Part shown: positions 1-9,481 of the stretch, piece by piece
How positions within the stretch are numbered: position 1 is the stretch's first letter
Layout: the number at the start of each line of letters is the position of its first letter
NCBI GenBank assembly: GCA_016204145.1
Contig: JACQLK010000016.1
Location: 9,181 to 73,180, forward strand
Origin: Candidatus Pacearchaeota archaeon
GTDB lineage: Archaea > Nanobdellota > Nanobdellia > Pacearchaeales > GW2011-AR1
DNA length: 64,000 bases
Direction of reading: 5' to 3'
Program-made: the position numbers and the translations under genes
Notes under the pieces: generated by a model
The model's input: only the letters and a program-made list of their open reading frames with translations
Databases searched by the model: none
What the model was told of the DNA's origin: nothing

Positions 1-215
1 TAAATATGTCCGTTCTCAGCATATCTATGAAGAAAATCGGTATTCTCAAGATTAAAACAAGATTTATTTATCTTGTCGGATATTGAAACTCCTCGCTCTT
101 TTCTATTAAGATATCCTAAAATGGAGGAAGTGTCAAATAAAACAATCTTGTACGCCGAGACAAGCTCGTCAAGAGTTCCCTTTCGAAAAGTTTCATTTGC
201 TTGAGCCGTCTCCAT
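1..215 (-). CDS. Partial PIN-like protein (runs off the window start)
   Basis: Manual translation from ATG 215: METAQANETFRKGTLDELVSAYKIVLFDTSSILGYL..., open to the edge; hhhDTS resembles PIN strand 1; starts 8 nt after the radB stop. Confidence 0.5.
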   Translation of the reverse strand, partial: METAQANETFRKGTLDELVSAYKIVLFDTSSILGYLNRKERGVSISDKINKSCFNLENTDFLHRYAENGHI

Positions 216-223
216 CAAGTCCC

Positions 224-952
224 TTAAATCCAGCCCTTTTTAAAAATTCCGCTGTCTTTGATTTCAAAACTCATTTCTTTAATCGGCATGCTTCTGTGCT
301 TCAGCAAAATCGCCTTTCTTCTTTTGTTTTCAAGCTTTAATTCAATTATGCATTTGCTCCAATATTTCAAAAGGTCACCGCCGACGAAGTTGACTTTTTT
401 CTTCGCGCCGCTTTTTATTTCCTCGTCGGAAAGAAATCCGGAGTAAACCTGGTTTGTTATTATCACCGGAATTTCCTGTTTCCTTGAAATTTCGGCAAGC
501 GTCCTCATTTGCTCCGCCATCTTCCAATTTGTTTCCCGAATTTTGCCGTCGTCTTCTCTTGCTTCTCCGATACTCAGGCGGTAAAGCGTCGCCATTCCGT
601 CGACGACTATTAAATTTACGTGCTCTTTTTTCAGTTTGTCGAGCAATTGAGAAAAGCATTTTTTCTGCTCGTCAAAATTCGTCGGTTGAAGAAGGAGAAT
701 GTTTTTTAAAATCTTCTCGGAATTTTCCGCAGTGATTTGTTTCACTCTTTCGACGCTGAAACCTCCCTCGCTGTCTATGAAAATTATCTTGTTTCCTTTT
801 TTCGCCTGACTGCAAGCCGCAAGAATGCAAAAATTTGTTTTCCCGCTCCCGGGAGGCCCGGCAATCATCGTGATCACGTCTGTTTCATAGCCGCCGAAAA
901 GCCACTTGTTCAAATCAAAACTTCCGGTAGAGATTTTCTCCAATTTTTCCAT
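224..952 (-). CDS. radB: DNA repair and recombination protein RadB
   Basis: ISTGSFDLNKWLFGG, Walker A GPPGSGKT, IVVDG, ITNQV, C-terminal KHRS; 242 aa. Confidence 0.92.
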   Translation of the reverse strand: MEKLEKISTGSFDLNKWLFGGYETDVITMIAGPPGSGKTNFCILAACSQAKKGNKIIFIDSEGGFSVERVKQITAENSEKILKNILLLQPTNFDEQKKCFSQLLDKLKKEHVNLIVVDGMATLYRLSIGEAREDDGKIRETNWKMAEQMRTLAEISRKQEIPVIITNQVYSGFLSDEEIKSGAKKKVNFVGGDLLKYWSKCIIELKLENKRRKAILLKHRSMPIKEMSFEIKDSGIFKKGWI

Positions 953-1033
953 AAAAAAACACTGCTGGGAAATTAATAAGCATTGCCATTCCGCAACATA
1001 TAATTTTATAAATGAAAAACAGAAAGAAAAGTT

Positions 1034-1636
1034 ATGAATAAAGAATTGTTGATTAATGCGGTCATGTCAAGAAATCCGAAAAAAATTTTAAACAAGACCG
1101 AATGTTACGCTCTTTACGAATCCGGATTTTTTGGAAACAAGGCGCGGACATGGAATTCATACGAAGAAATTTTGAAAAGCGAATGGAAAGGCGGAGTTTG
1201 TATGCGTTCAAAAAAAGGGGTCTCAAGAAAAGAAGTCAGATACAATATTAAAATTGAAGATGTTCCGTTGCACATTGAACATTTCCAAAAGATTGGAATC
1301 CCGGAAGACATGATTTCATTCAACCAAAGCATGCCTGACAGAAATTTAATTTTGCAGGGGGAAGTCATGAACTATCAGGGAGGGATTTACCTTTTTGGAA
1401 CAATCCTTAAAAAACCGATGAATATCGCGCTGGCGGAAAAAAGCTTCATCCTTGAAAATGATGCGGCGGGACCGCTTCTTGAAAGCAGATTGAGCGCAGA
1501 GAGTTGTCGGGATTTGCAAAATCTCCTCGAAGTTTTCCCGGAGAGCGTCGTTGAATTCAGCGCATACTCTATTCCCGTCGGAAATCTCGCGGAAACGGGA
1601 AGGAACACCGTATTTTGGGAAGTGAGGAATTATTAA
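1034..1636 (+). CDS. Hypothetical protein, possibly a divergent ATP-grasp-like fold
   Basis: 200-aa ORF with upstream TTTTATAAAT; C-terminal VVEFS...VFWEVR pattern. Confidence 0.55.
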   Translation: MNKELLINAVMSRNPKKILNKTECYALYESGFFGNKARTWNSYEEILKSEWKGGVCMRSKKGVSRKEVRYNIKIEDVPLHIEHFQKIGIPEDMISFNQSMPDRNLILQGEVMNYQGGIYLFGTILKKPMNIALAEKSFILENDAAGPLLESRLSAESCRDLQNLLEVFPESVVEFSAYSIPVGNLAETGRNTVFWEVRNY

Positions 1637-1787
1637 TAAAAATTCTAGAAAGTAAAGTTTGTTGCTTCGCAAAATTCAGAGATTAGATTAATTCTGCCAA
1701 ATTTCTCGCTGAGAAAAAATTTAATCCAAAAAGAGTTTATCGCATCATCTATATCGTCATCGGTAATTTTTATCACATTAATCTTCC

Positions 1788-1856
1788 CTTGGCGTAGCAC
1801 CTTAACGGAGTTTGGTGCGGAGCAATAAATATCCGAACGAAGTGAAGCAAATTTTT
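1788..1856 (+). repeat. Dispersed repeat module 1 (REP-like)
   Basis: Closely matches the reverse complement of 52735-52802 (core ggagcaataaatatc.gaacgaag.ga..gcaaatttt). Confidence 0.8.
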
Positions 1857-1965
1857 TAATGGAATAAGTTTTGTTGTCAAATCAAATTTGTTTTCTTGGG
1901 ACGGGCCGGCAATTTCGCATCCCTTCGGTAAAAATAATTATGATTAAAATAAATTATCCTATCGT

Positions 1966-2090
1966 TATAGCGTCGGTTTTGCCAGTTAACATTGGCTTGT
2001 TGGAAGGGTGGGCGGGTGGGAACGAACCCAGGCGGGATTGGCGGTGGGATAAACAAAATGAGGGGTTGCGAGTAGTGAGCTGTGGACGGT
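1966..2090 (+). repeat. Dispersed repeat: GTTAACA plus G-tract module
   Basis: gcgtcggttttgc..ttaacat shared with 29535-29565; GGGTGGGCGGGTGGG at 2006-2020; ggggttgcgagt shared with 52955-52966. Confidence 0.7.
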
Positions 2091-2118
2091 GGGAGAGAAA
2101 AAATATTTTGGAATAAAT

Positions 2119-2814
2119 CTATTTTGTTCTGACCAGTTGCTCAAGCATTTTCTGTCCTTCAGGCAAACTCTTAGGAACAAATATTCTAAAATCAAAATCT
2201 TCAGGAAAATGTCCCCCTATTTCCAGATTTCCTCCTCCTGCAAAAAGACGTCCGTCATAGTCAACCCCGTCGTAATAATGGTCTGAAGTATAAGATCTTG
2301 GATTTAATCCCGCACTTACCTTAAAAATTTCATATCTTCCTCCTTCAACAAATTTCCCTACAGATTCTTTTAACTTTTTCATTTGCTCTTCTCCATTAAA
2401 TCCTTCAAAATAAACCATCTGAAATCTTTCCCTTGAAAAATTTGCCGGGTTGGATTCCAATTCATATGCTTCGGGTATAACTCCTCCATGCTGATCTTTT
2501 ATGTACCTAATATTTTTAACTCTTGGTTCTCGGTCTCCGCCATTAAAATCAAGACTATAATGGGGAATGATATTTTTATTCAAAATTCTTGAAAGATAAT
2601 TCCTATATTTGTCAAAATTTTTTTTGAAAGTTTGCTCGTCCATCCTTGAGAATTCAGATCTTTCCTTCCAGAACATTTCCATTTCTGGAACTTCCAAATA
2701 AACATTTGCTGCGACTCCTTTGTCAGAAAGTAAATTCGTTACAAGAAATCTTAGAAATTCGCTTCCTCCTGAATATTTATACTTGAATTCTTTCCAAGGT
2801 TCTTTTTGTGCCAT
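2119..2814 (-). CDS. Hypothetical protein
   Basis: 231-aa ORF with upstream TATA-like element; no motif recognised. Confidence 0.6.
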   Translation of the reverse strand: MAQKEPWKEFKYKYSGGSEFLRFLVTNLLSDKGVAANVYLEVPEMEMFWKERSEFSRMDEQTFKKNFDKYRNYLSRILNKNIIPHYSLDFNGGDREPRVKNIRYIKDQHGGVIPEAYELESNPANFSRERFQMVYFEGFNGEEQMKKLKESVGKFVEGGRYEIFKVSAGLNPRSYTSDHYYDGVDYDGRLFAGGGNLEIGGHFPEDFDFRIFVPKSLPEGQKMLEQLVRTK

Positions 2815-2874
2815 GTTTTGGTTCTAATAGAAAAAGTAAAAAAAGATTATTTAAATATTTAGACAATAAATCAT

Positions 2875-3138
2875 CTACTTCATCCCCTTAAAGTCCTTTT
2901 CGATTTTTTCAAGCTCTTTTGTTATATCTGAAACAGCGTCGTTTATCGCTTTTTTCGCGCTCTTTCCCTTTGTTCTCACAAGAAGAACCGGGTTTTTAGT
3001 CGGATGTTCCCTTCTCCATGCCGCAAAATTCACGCCGGAATCCCTGTTCAAATAAACCCTTAAAATCTCGGCGATTGTCAAATCATCGACTTCAAACTCA
3101 ATCTCGTCCTTTGAACTCTTGAGAATTTTCAATTCCAT
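2875..3138 (-). CDS. rpoL: RNA polymerase subunit Rpo11 (L)
   Basis: TIAEILRVYL..D.GVNFAAWRREHP...P.LLVRT; 87 aa. Confidence 0.88.
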   Translation of the reverse strand: MELKILKSSKDEIEFEVDDLTIAEILRVYLNRDSGVNFAAWRREHPTKNPVLLVRTKGKSAKKAINDAVSDITKELEKIEKDFKGMK

Positions 3139-3250
3139 AGGAAGAAATCCAAAAAGTTATTTATAAATTCTTCTGTTACATTGGAAAAGTTTATGTGTCT
3201 GTCTCAAAATTTCCGCGAGGCAGATAAAAATTTACAAGAGAAATTTATTT

Positions 3251-3856
3251 TTATTTCCCCTTGCTCAAATCCAAATAATCGTCATCGGAAGGCGGAGGCA
3301 TGTCCTTCACGTCGGAAATCTTCGCGTCTTGAATTAAATTGAAATCCGCTCTTATTATCGCGTTATCGGCGCCTTTTTCCGGCTTTCTCAGCCGTATTCC
3401 AAGATACTGCTCGATTTTTTTTATCAGCAACAAGCTTTTTTCCGGAACATAGCCGATTTCAAGCGTCTTTATCGCAATCTCCGGCTCCCTGAGCGCTTTT
3501 GCGAGCTGTTCTTGAGTCATCTTTCTTGCTCTTCTGGCGCGCATTATGACCCAGTGAAAATTCATTATAAGGGAATTCTTCAAACTAAAGTCCTCTTTGA
3601 GGTTTTGCTTGAAATTCCTTTCAACGATATTCCTCAACGTCACATCTTCCTGTTTTTGCGGTCTTGCGTACGGATTTCTCGCGACATTGACCTGCGGCTT
3701 CGGTCGGTTATCCTCTTCCGGCTTCGGGGTTCTTATTATCGGAATTTCCTCGACAATGGAGCATCTTCTGCAAACTTTCACTATCCCTCTTGAAGAAATC
3801 GCGTCAAACAAAATCGCCCTCTCATCCGAAACCCCGCACTTGAAGCATTCTGCCAT
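3251..3856 (-). CDS. aMBF1-like Zn-ribbon plus XRE HTH protein
   Basis: CFKC...CRRC N-terminus; ARRARKMTQEQLAKAL...IKTLE.G HTH. Confidence 0.75.
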   Translation of the reverse strand: MAECFKCGVSDERAILFDAISSRGIVKVCRRCSIVEEIPIIRTPKPEEDNRPKPQVNVARNPYARPQKQEDVTLRNIVERNFKQNLKEDFSLKNSLIMNFHWVIMRARRARKMTQEQLAKALREPEIAIKTLEIGYVPEKSLLLIKKIEQYLGIRLRKPEKGADNAIIRADFNLIQDAKISDVKDMPPPSDDDYLDLSKGK

Positions 3857-3908
3857 GAAAAAACATAATAGGCGTCTTTTTAATATTTTGTATTGTGAAA
3901 AATATTAT

Positions 3909-4199
3909 TTATTTTTCTTTAGAAACTAAATTCCTTAATAAACCGACTAATCCTCCGGCCGGTTTATTGCCTTTATTCCCGCTAATTCCCCTAACGACCA
4001 AATCAAATATAGTCAAACCAGTAGCTACTCCTAAAAGAAGAGATAAATTTTTGGAAGACATTTCATCAAACGAGTAAGCCGATAAAAAGGCAAGCCCGAC
4101 GGAGGAATACCAATGCTTTTTGTACCATCCCAAATATTCCTGTTGCAAATCAGAGGTATAATCCGATGTTCTATTAGTAATGTAATCTACTATGTCCAT
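3909..4199 (-). CDS. Small hypothetical membrane protein
   Basis: 96 aa, two hydrophobic stretches. Confidence 0.5.
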   Translation of the reverse strand: MDIVDYITNRTSDYTSDLQQEYLGWYKKHWYSSVGLAFLSAYSFDEMSSKNLSLLLGVATGLTIFDLVVRGISGNKGNKPAGGLVGLLRNLVSKEK

Positions 4200-4317
4200 A
4201 AAATTTCTTCGTTTTCAGATTTAAAAAGATTATGGTATAAGGGATTTGTTTAATAAAAAGATTTTGCTTAATAAGTCAAAAGAATTAAGGAGTTCTGAAC
4301 AAAGCTTGTGAAAAATA

Positions 4318-4971
4318 TCAATCCAAATATTTCCCTATTTCATCCGAAGATGCCGGCTCGTAAAACGCCTTTTTTTCATTGACAAAAATGACCGGCAATT
4401 CGCTTAAGTTGTATTTTCTCGTCAAATAAGAAAGCGATTCTATTTCCTGGTTTGCGGCAATCGGAATCAAAAGAACGTCGCCTCCTTTTTCATTTTTCAA
4501 ATCGTTCAAAATTTTTCCAAAAACGTTCTGTTTGGATTTTATTTCTATGTCTTCTGTCCCGTAATTGTACAAATAAACGGCCGTGTTCAGCTCGCCGCAT
4601 TTTTGCTTTATTTCAAGCGCGTTCATCCACAGCAACGTTCGAAGCAAATCGTATTTTCTGTGAATTGTTTTCATTGAATCCGTAAGTTCGCTTTTTGTGT
4701 CATATTTCTCGAGCTGCCTCGCTTCGCTGTAAATTTTGTCCGCAAAGCGGGTCGTCGCCTCCTTCAAATCCGCGCACGAAGTGAGATTGCTCTCAAACAA
4801 TTTTCCAAGCGCAAAAGAATCGTAAAGCGAAACCTCTGATTGATAAAACGCGACACTAACGCCGTCCGCCCTTAATTGCTCCATGTAAACGCCGAACACG
4901 AGCCCGAGCAAAAAAAACAAAATTGTGAGAAAAAGCGCCTGCCAAAAAACGTGTTTTTTGTTTTCCGTCAT
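4318..4971 (-). CDS. Membrane-anchored protein, thioredoxin-like C-terminus
   Basis: N-terminal TM; KYNLSELPVIFVNEK resembles the end of a Trx fold; follows the GT2 gene by 12 nt. Confidence 0.65.
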   Translation of the reverse strand: MTENKKHVFWQALFLTILFFLLGLVFGVYMEQLRADGVSVAFYQSEVSLYDSFALGKLFESNLTSCADLKEATTRFADKIYSEARQLEKYDTKSELTDSMKTIHRKYDLLRTLLWMNALEIKQKCGELNTAVYLYNYGTEDIEIKSKQNVFGKILNDLKNEKGGDVLLIPIAANQEIESLSYLTRKYNLSELPVIFVNEKKAFYEPASSDEIGKYLD

Positions 4972-4983
4972 TTTATTTCTGTT

Positions 4984-6213
4984 TTACCTCCACGAATAAT
5001 TTCCCGTAAAAAATTTATACAGCGAAATGATGACCACTAAAGGCCTTAGCATTATGTATGTTAAAGAATAAAAAATCACGTTAAAAAATCCTTCCTTTTC
5101 GCGGATGTGCTCGTTGACTCTCTTCAATGCGAAAAAAACAAATGCCATTCCGAAGACAAAAAGAACAACTCCGAGAAAATTCAAGACGGACGGATTGAAA
5201 TTAACGTCTTCCATTGCGATTAAGACGGTTTGTGCGGCTATCGAATATTTCGTGGATAAATACCACAAAAGAATTTCCTGAAAAATCCTGTAAAAGAATA
5301 TTCCCAATCCGAAGACGCCGAGAACAAGGGATATTGAAAAAAATGGAAGAATAAACCAACCGAGCATTCCTTTCCTGAAAAAAGAATCCTTGTATTTCAA
5401 AATTGTCTGATATCCCCCGATGTTCCATCTTATTCTCTGCTTGAACCATTTTCCCAAAGTGTCGGGCGCGACCGTCGTGGATTTTGAAATAAAAGACATT
5501 CTCACGTCGTATCCTTCGTGAACCAAATGCCACGTCACTTCGATGTCCTCTGTCATGTTCTTCGCGTCAAAGCCGTTGATTTTTTCCAGCGCGGATTTTC
5601 TGTACAAAGCCAAAGGTCCTGGGGTGACGTAAATTGAATCCAGAAAATCAAGGAGTTTTCTTGAGAAGGCGATTACCTTGTATTCTATCGCCTGCATCTT
5701 TCTTAAAAAATTGTTCTGATTGCGGACAAGAATCCTCGTCGTTACAGCCCCGACTTTTTCATCGTTGAAAAATCCGGCCATTGAAGATATGGCGTGTTCG
5801 TCGGGATAGGAATCCGCGTCGACAACCCCGATGATTTCCCCTTTCGCAATTTTCAGTGCCTGATTCAGCGAGTCCGCCTTTCCCGAATTTTTCTTGTCAA
5901 AAACAATGACATTTTGGAATTTCCTTTCAAGTTTTTTTGCAATTTCCAGCGTCTTGTCCGAGCTACCGTCGTTTATTATTATCACTTCAACAATATTTTT
6001 ATAATTTGATTTCAGAACCGTCTCCGCCGTTTCTTCGATGCTGTCCTGCTCGTTGTAAGCGGGAATCAAAATTGAAACAGAATAATTTTTCCCGGGCGTC
6101 GGAACTGAAAAAATCTCTTTCCGGTTTTGCATGAACGTCAGGGTAAAAAGGGAAAGAAAGTAAAGCGTAATAAACATGTACGCCAAATAGATTGTTGTTA
6201 AAATTTCAACCAT
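4984..6213 (-). CDS. Processive glycosyltransferase family 2
   Basis: IPAYNE, DGSSD, GKADSLN, DAD, TED and QRIRW motifs; TM helices. Confidence 0.92.
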   Translation of the reverse strand: MVEILTTIYLAYMFITLYFLSLFTLTFMQNRKEIFSVPTPGKNYSVSILIPAYNEQDSIEETAETVLKSNYKNIVEVIIINDGSSDKTLEIAKKLERKFQNVIVFDKKNSGKADSLNQALKIAKGEIIGVVDADSYPDEHAISSMAGFFNDEKVGAVTTRILVRNQNNFLRKMQAIEYKVIAFSRKLLDFLDSIYVTPGPLALYRKSALEKINGFDAKNMTEDIEVTWHLVHEGYDVRMSFISKSTTVAPDTLGKWFKQRIRWNIGGYQTILKYKDSFFRKGMLGWFILPFFSISLVLGVFGLGIFFYRIFQEILLWYLSTKYSIAAQTVLIAMEDVNFNPSVLNFLGVVLFVFGMAFVFFALKRVNEHIREKEGFFNVIFYSLTYIMLRPLVVIISLYKFFTGNYSWR

Positions 6214-6751
6214 TCTCTTGGCCCTTCATTTCTTTTAAAATTCCTTCCGATTCGGAAACATTGAAATAATTGTAAAAATCGTCGCTCAAAGAAAGTTCGT
6301 AAGTCCTTCCGGCCCTTTTCTTTTTTATCAGTCCCAAGTCGAAGAATTTTTTTATGTGCTCGTACGCCTTGTTGCTTCTTATTTTCGTGAGAACGCTCTG
6401 TTTCATCGGCTGTTTGTAAGCTATTATTGCGAGCGTCTCCTGCTCCGATTTTGAAAATTCCGCGCTTCCCGTCGCAAGTTTGTTTATTATTCCGGTAAAT
6501 TCCGGTTTGACGTCCATTTTCCACATTCCGCTTTTTTCAACAATTTCCATCGCGGAATCGTCTTTTTCGTATTTTTCCTGAAGTTTTTCTATGCATTCCC
6601 TTATGATTATCGGATTCAAATCGCTCAGCGAAATAAGTTCCGGCATAGAAAGAAATTTTCCCGCAATGAAAAAAATCGCCTCGACTTTTCTCAAATTCTC
6701 CTTTTCCTTCTCTTCTTCAATATCCTTCACGGCTTTTCCGGAAATTTCCAT
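6206..6751 (-). CDS. scpB: SMC-Scp complex subunit ScpB
   Basis: VEAIFF, ETLAIIAYKQPM.QS, GRTYELSLSDDFYNYF. Confidence 0.9.
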   Translation of the reverse strand: MEISGKAVKDIEEEKEKENLRKVEAIFFIAGKFLSMPELISLSDLNPIIIRECIEKLQEKYEKDDSAMEIVEKSGMWKMDVKPEFTGIINKLATGSAEFSKSEQETLAIIAYKQPMKQSVLTKIRSNKAYEHIKKFFDLGLIKKKRAGRTYELSLSDDFYNYFNVSESEGILKEMKGQENG

Positions 6752-6782
6752 GATTTAAGAGAATCAGAGTGCTTAAAAAATC

Positions 6783-6989
6783 TTATCTTGAACAGCTGAA
6801 ATCAACGCCGCCGAAAAGATAATTCGGATTTCTTCCCTCTCTGTTCATTTGTTCGTTCAATCGGTTGACGTATTGCGCGCACGAATCCCTGTCGCTTCTC
6901 GCCTTATTTAAAGAACATCCGGAATAAAAGATAATTGAGGCGGCAAATAATGCGCATGTAAAATCTCTCGTTAAGTGTTTGTATTCCAT
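6783..6989 (-). CDS. Small exported or lipoprotein-like orphan
   Basis: Hydrophobic N-terminus ending YSGC. Confidence 0.4.
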   Translation of the reverse strand: MEYKHLTRDFTCALFAASIIFYSGCSLNKARSDRDSCAQYVNRLNEQMNREGRNPNYLFGGVDFSCSR

Positions 6990-6994
6990 GAAAA

Positions 6995-7531
6995 TCAATT
7001 CCCTCCCGGGTTTAAAATTGTAACTGAATCTGGCTCGGACAAGTGATTCCTCTTGAAAGTGTCGCTTATCGTAAAACTTAGGCAGGAAAGTTCGGAGATA
7101 TTAACAAGCCCTGCGGAATTATTTGGGTCAAATGCAAAATTTTCCCTCATCAAATCTATCTCGCCCCTGTCTGAACAGCTTGCATAAAAATTGAATCTTC
7201 CCGGAACTTTTTGATCGGAAAGAAGAACAATCGTCTTGAAAACCTCTTCGGAACCGGGATAGTAAATTTTTATTTTAAAATCAAAAGGATTTGCGGGATT
7301 CTTCTTAAAATAAAATTTTGTCATGGTTTTGAAAAAAGCGGGAAAAACGCCCGCACCAAGATATTGCCGAAGAACATCGTCTTTTGGCTTGATGTATTCG
7401 CCAAGCCCGCCGTATATTTCTCTCCCTTTCGGCTCGGGCATTTTGTCTCCGACTTTCAACTCGTCCGCGAATGCCGGAATTGACGCAAAAAGCGAAGCCG
7501 CCGCAACTAATGAAGCCAATGTTTTTCTCAT
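6995..7531 (-). CDS. Secreted hypothetical protein
   Basis: Signal peptide MRKTLASLVAAASLFASIPAFA. Confidence 0.65.
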   Translation of the reverse strand: MRKTLASLVAAASLFASIPAFADELKVGDKMPEPKGREIYGGLGEYIKPKDDVLRQYLGAGVFPAFFKTMTKFYFKKNPANPFDFKIKIYYPGSEEVFKTIVLLSDQKVPGRFNFYASCSDRGEIDLMRENFAFDPNNSAGLVNISELSCLSFTISDTFKRNHLSEPDSVTILNPGGN

Positions 7532-7585
7532 CAAATCGCAGAAGGGAAGAATTATTTAAATGTTGTCATTAAAGAATTAGGACAG

Positions 7586-7978
7586 TTACAACGCAATGTT
7601 GCATGGAGGAATTTTAAAAAGCAAATTCTCCCTATATTCTTCTATCCTGTCTATGTTTCCGTCAGAAACGAGATTATCCAGGTAAATTCTTCCTTTTTTG
7701 CCTTCATCAAATCTAAAAACCAGAAAGGGATATTTGCTTATTTTGCCGTTGCATTTCACATATCCCTCCGTGTCAAAAGTATCGGAAAGCTCGTCGCCGC
7801 CGTCATAAATAAAAGTATATCCTTTTGCTCCGTCAATTGACATCCATTCTTTTTTAAGGATTAAGTTTCCTCTTGCGCTAGGCATTTCTTCTCCGATTTT
7901 TCTCGGCTCGGCGCTTGCAATTAAAGGGGTTCCAAAAAAGACAGCTCCCGCAAGAATAAGAGAGAATAATTTTGTCAT
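7586..7978 (-). CDS. Secreted hypothetical protein
   Basis: Signal peptide MTKLFSLILAGAVFFGTPLIASA. Confidence 0.65.
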   Translation of the reverse strand: MTKLFSLILAGAVFFGTPLIASAEPRKIGEEMPSARGNLILKKEWMSIDGAKGYTFIYDGGDELSDTFDTEGYVKCNGKISKYPFLVFRFDEGKKGRIYLDNLVSDGNIDRIEEYRENLLFKIPPCNIAL

Positions 7979-8030
7979 AAGTAAACAAATCTATTCTCTT
8001 TTAAGGGATTGTTGTGCTGAAAAATATATT

Positions 8031-9116
8031 TCAAATCTTAAACCTAAGCAGTCCGCCCATTCCGGAAATGTTGAAAAACTGCTCTCCCTCTTTCGTCTCT
8101 GTTGAAACAACTTCAACGTTCGCATTTATATTTTCAGCCATTTCTTTCAATTCTCTCGCAATATTCTTGTCAAGATTTTTTGACAAAATCAGCGTGTTTA
8201 CCGCGCCGTATTGAAGCGCTTTTCTCAAATCATCTTCCTTGTAAACAGCCATGTCAGGTTTTTCGCCGAGCGTCTCAAAAAATTTCTCAAGAATCTTTTG
8301 TTCCTTGATAATTTCCTGATTTGCAAGAATCTCCCTTGACTTGGCAACAAGCTCTTTCAATCCCGACTCGTCCGCGTCTCCGAGATCAATCACTCCGATT
8401 ACCTTCTCTCTCAGTTTTGTCGGAAGATATTCCTCGTCGAGAAATTCATCCTTTGTCGGAATCGGTCCTCCGACGAGAATTCCTTTCAGCTTCGGCATTT
8501 CAAAAAATATTTTTTTCATTTCCTCGGCAACCCGTTTGTAAAATTCCTTCGTCAATCCTTCTGTGATGCGGTGAAATCTTTGGGACGATTGTCCTCCCGC
8601 TCTTACTTTTGACGGAACTCCCGAAGTCATCTTTTGAAGAAGCTCTATGCTCTTTCCCTCGAGCATTCCGATTGCCGCATCTTTCCTATCCATAACAAGA
8701 AGTCCGAAAACCTCGTCAACCTCAAGCATTTCCCTGAGCGGCTGAGTTATAAATTCCTTGTCGCATCTGTAAATCCTTGTCTTCAAAGGCATCGGCGGAA
8801 GAATTTCCCATAACTGCAAATCCTGCTGTCCCTCGTTTTTCGAGATGTTTCCGCAAAAAATCGCAACGCCGTTTTCAGGCGTTTTCTTATAACTTTTCAG
8901 TTGTCTCGCCACTTTATCAAGCGCGTCGCCGACATTTTTCCTCGTAGCCGTCGACTTTATGTTTTTCGCCGTCGATTTCTCCGCTTCCAATTGGTCGACG
9001 ACGCTGTAAATATTCTGTCCCGCGGGAACATAAACAGTTATCAATTCCGTCTGTCTTCCCCGATATTTTTCCAACTCGTTTAGGACGTCTTCAAGTTCTG
9101 TTTTATCCATGACCAT
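8031..9116 (-). CDS. prf1: Peptide chain release factor aRF1
   Basis: NIKS, YRCDKEF and GGQS motifs. Confidence 0.96.
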   Translation of the reverse strand: MVMDKTELEDVLNELEKYRGRQTELITVYVPAGQNIYSVVDQLEAEKSTAKNIKSTATRKNVGDALDKVARQLKSYKKTPENGVAIFCGNISKNEGQQDLQLWEILPPMPLKTRIYRCDKEFITQPLREMLEVDEVFGLLVMDRKDAAIGMLEGKSIELLQKMTSGVPSKVRAGGQSSQRFHRITEGLTKEFYKRVAEEMKKIFFEMPKLKGILVGGPIPTKDEFLDEEYLPTKLREKVIGVIDLGDADESGLKELVAKSREILANQEIIKEQKILEKFFETLGEKPDMAVYKEDDLRKALQYGAVNTLILSKNLDKNIARELKEMAENINANVEVVSTETKEGEQFFNISGMGGLLRFKI

Positions 9117-9189
9117 ATCTAATAAATAAAAAGTTTGTTTAAATAATTAATCATATAAATGTTTATAAAAAAGAAAATCATTCAGCAAT

Positions 9190-9453
9190 ATGGTTAAAGG
9201 AATTGAATCCAAAGTCGCTGAAACAAGCAGTTTTTGGGAAGGATTTGACTGGTCGTTTGGATACATGCCAAATCCAAAAGAAGTTGTCGAAGCGGTTAGG
9301 CAATTACCTGAAGTAATGAGGGAAATAAGAGATAACAGATATGAAAGGCGGGAAAGAATCGGGTGTTTAACCGGAGCTGCACTTGACGTACTTGTGACAT
9401 ATGTCGCCCTGCCGGGTACAATTGGTCATATTATTTACGACATTTTCAAATAA
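9190..9453 (+). CDS. Hypothetical protein
   Basis: 87 aa; TTTATAAA about 25 nt upstream; C-terminal hydrophobic stretch. Confidence 0.5.
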   Translation: MVKGIESKVAETSSFWEGFDWSFGYMPNPKEVVEAVRQLPEVMREIRDNRYERRERIGCLTGAALDVLVTYVALPGTIGHIIYDIFK

Positions 9454-9481
9454 TTTCAAAACAGACAGAAATCTTCTCAGA

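Noticed and set aside
1871..2116. Track ORFs over repeat DNA (also 52811-52993) and the many antisense ORFs inside core genes
   Set aside because: Shadow frames or translations of non-coding repeats, with no motifs or start signals
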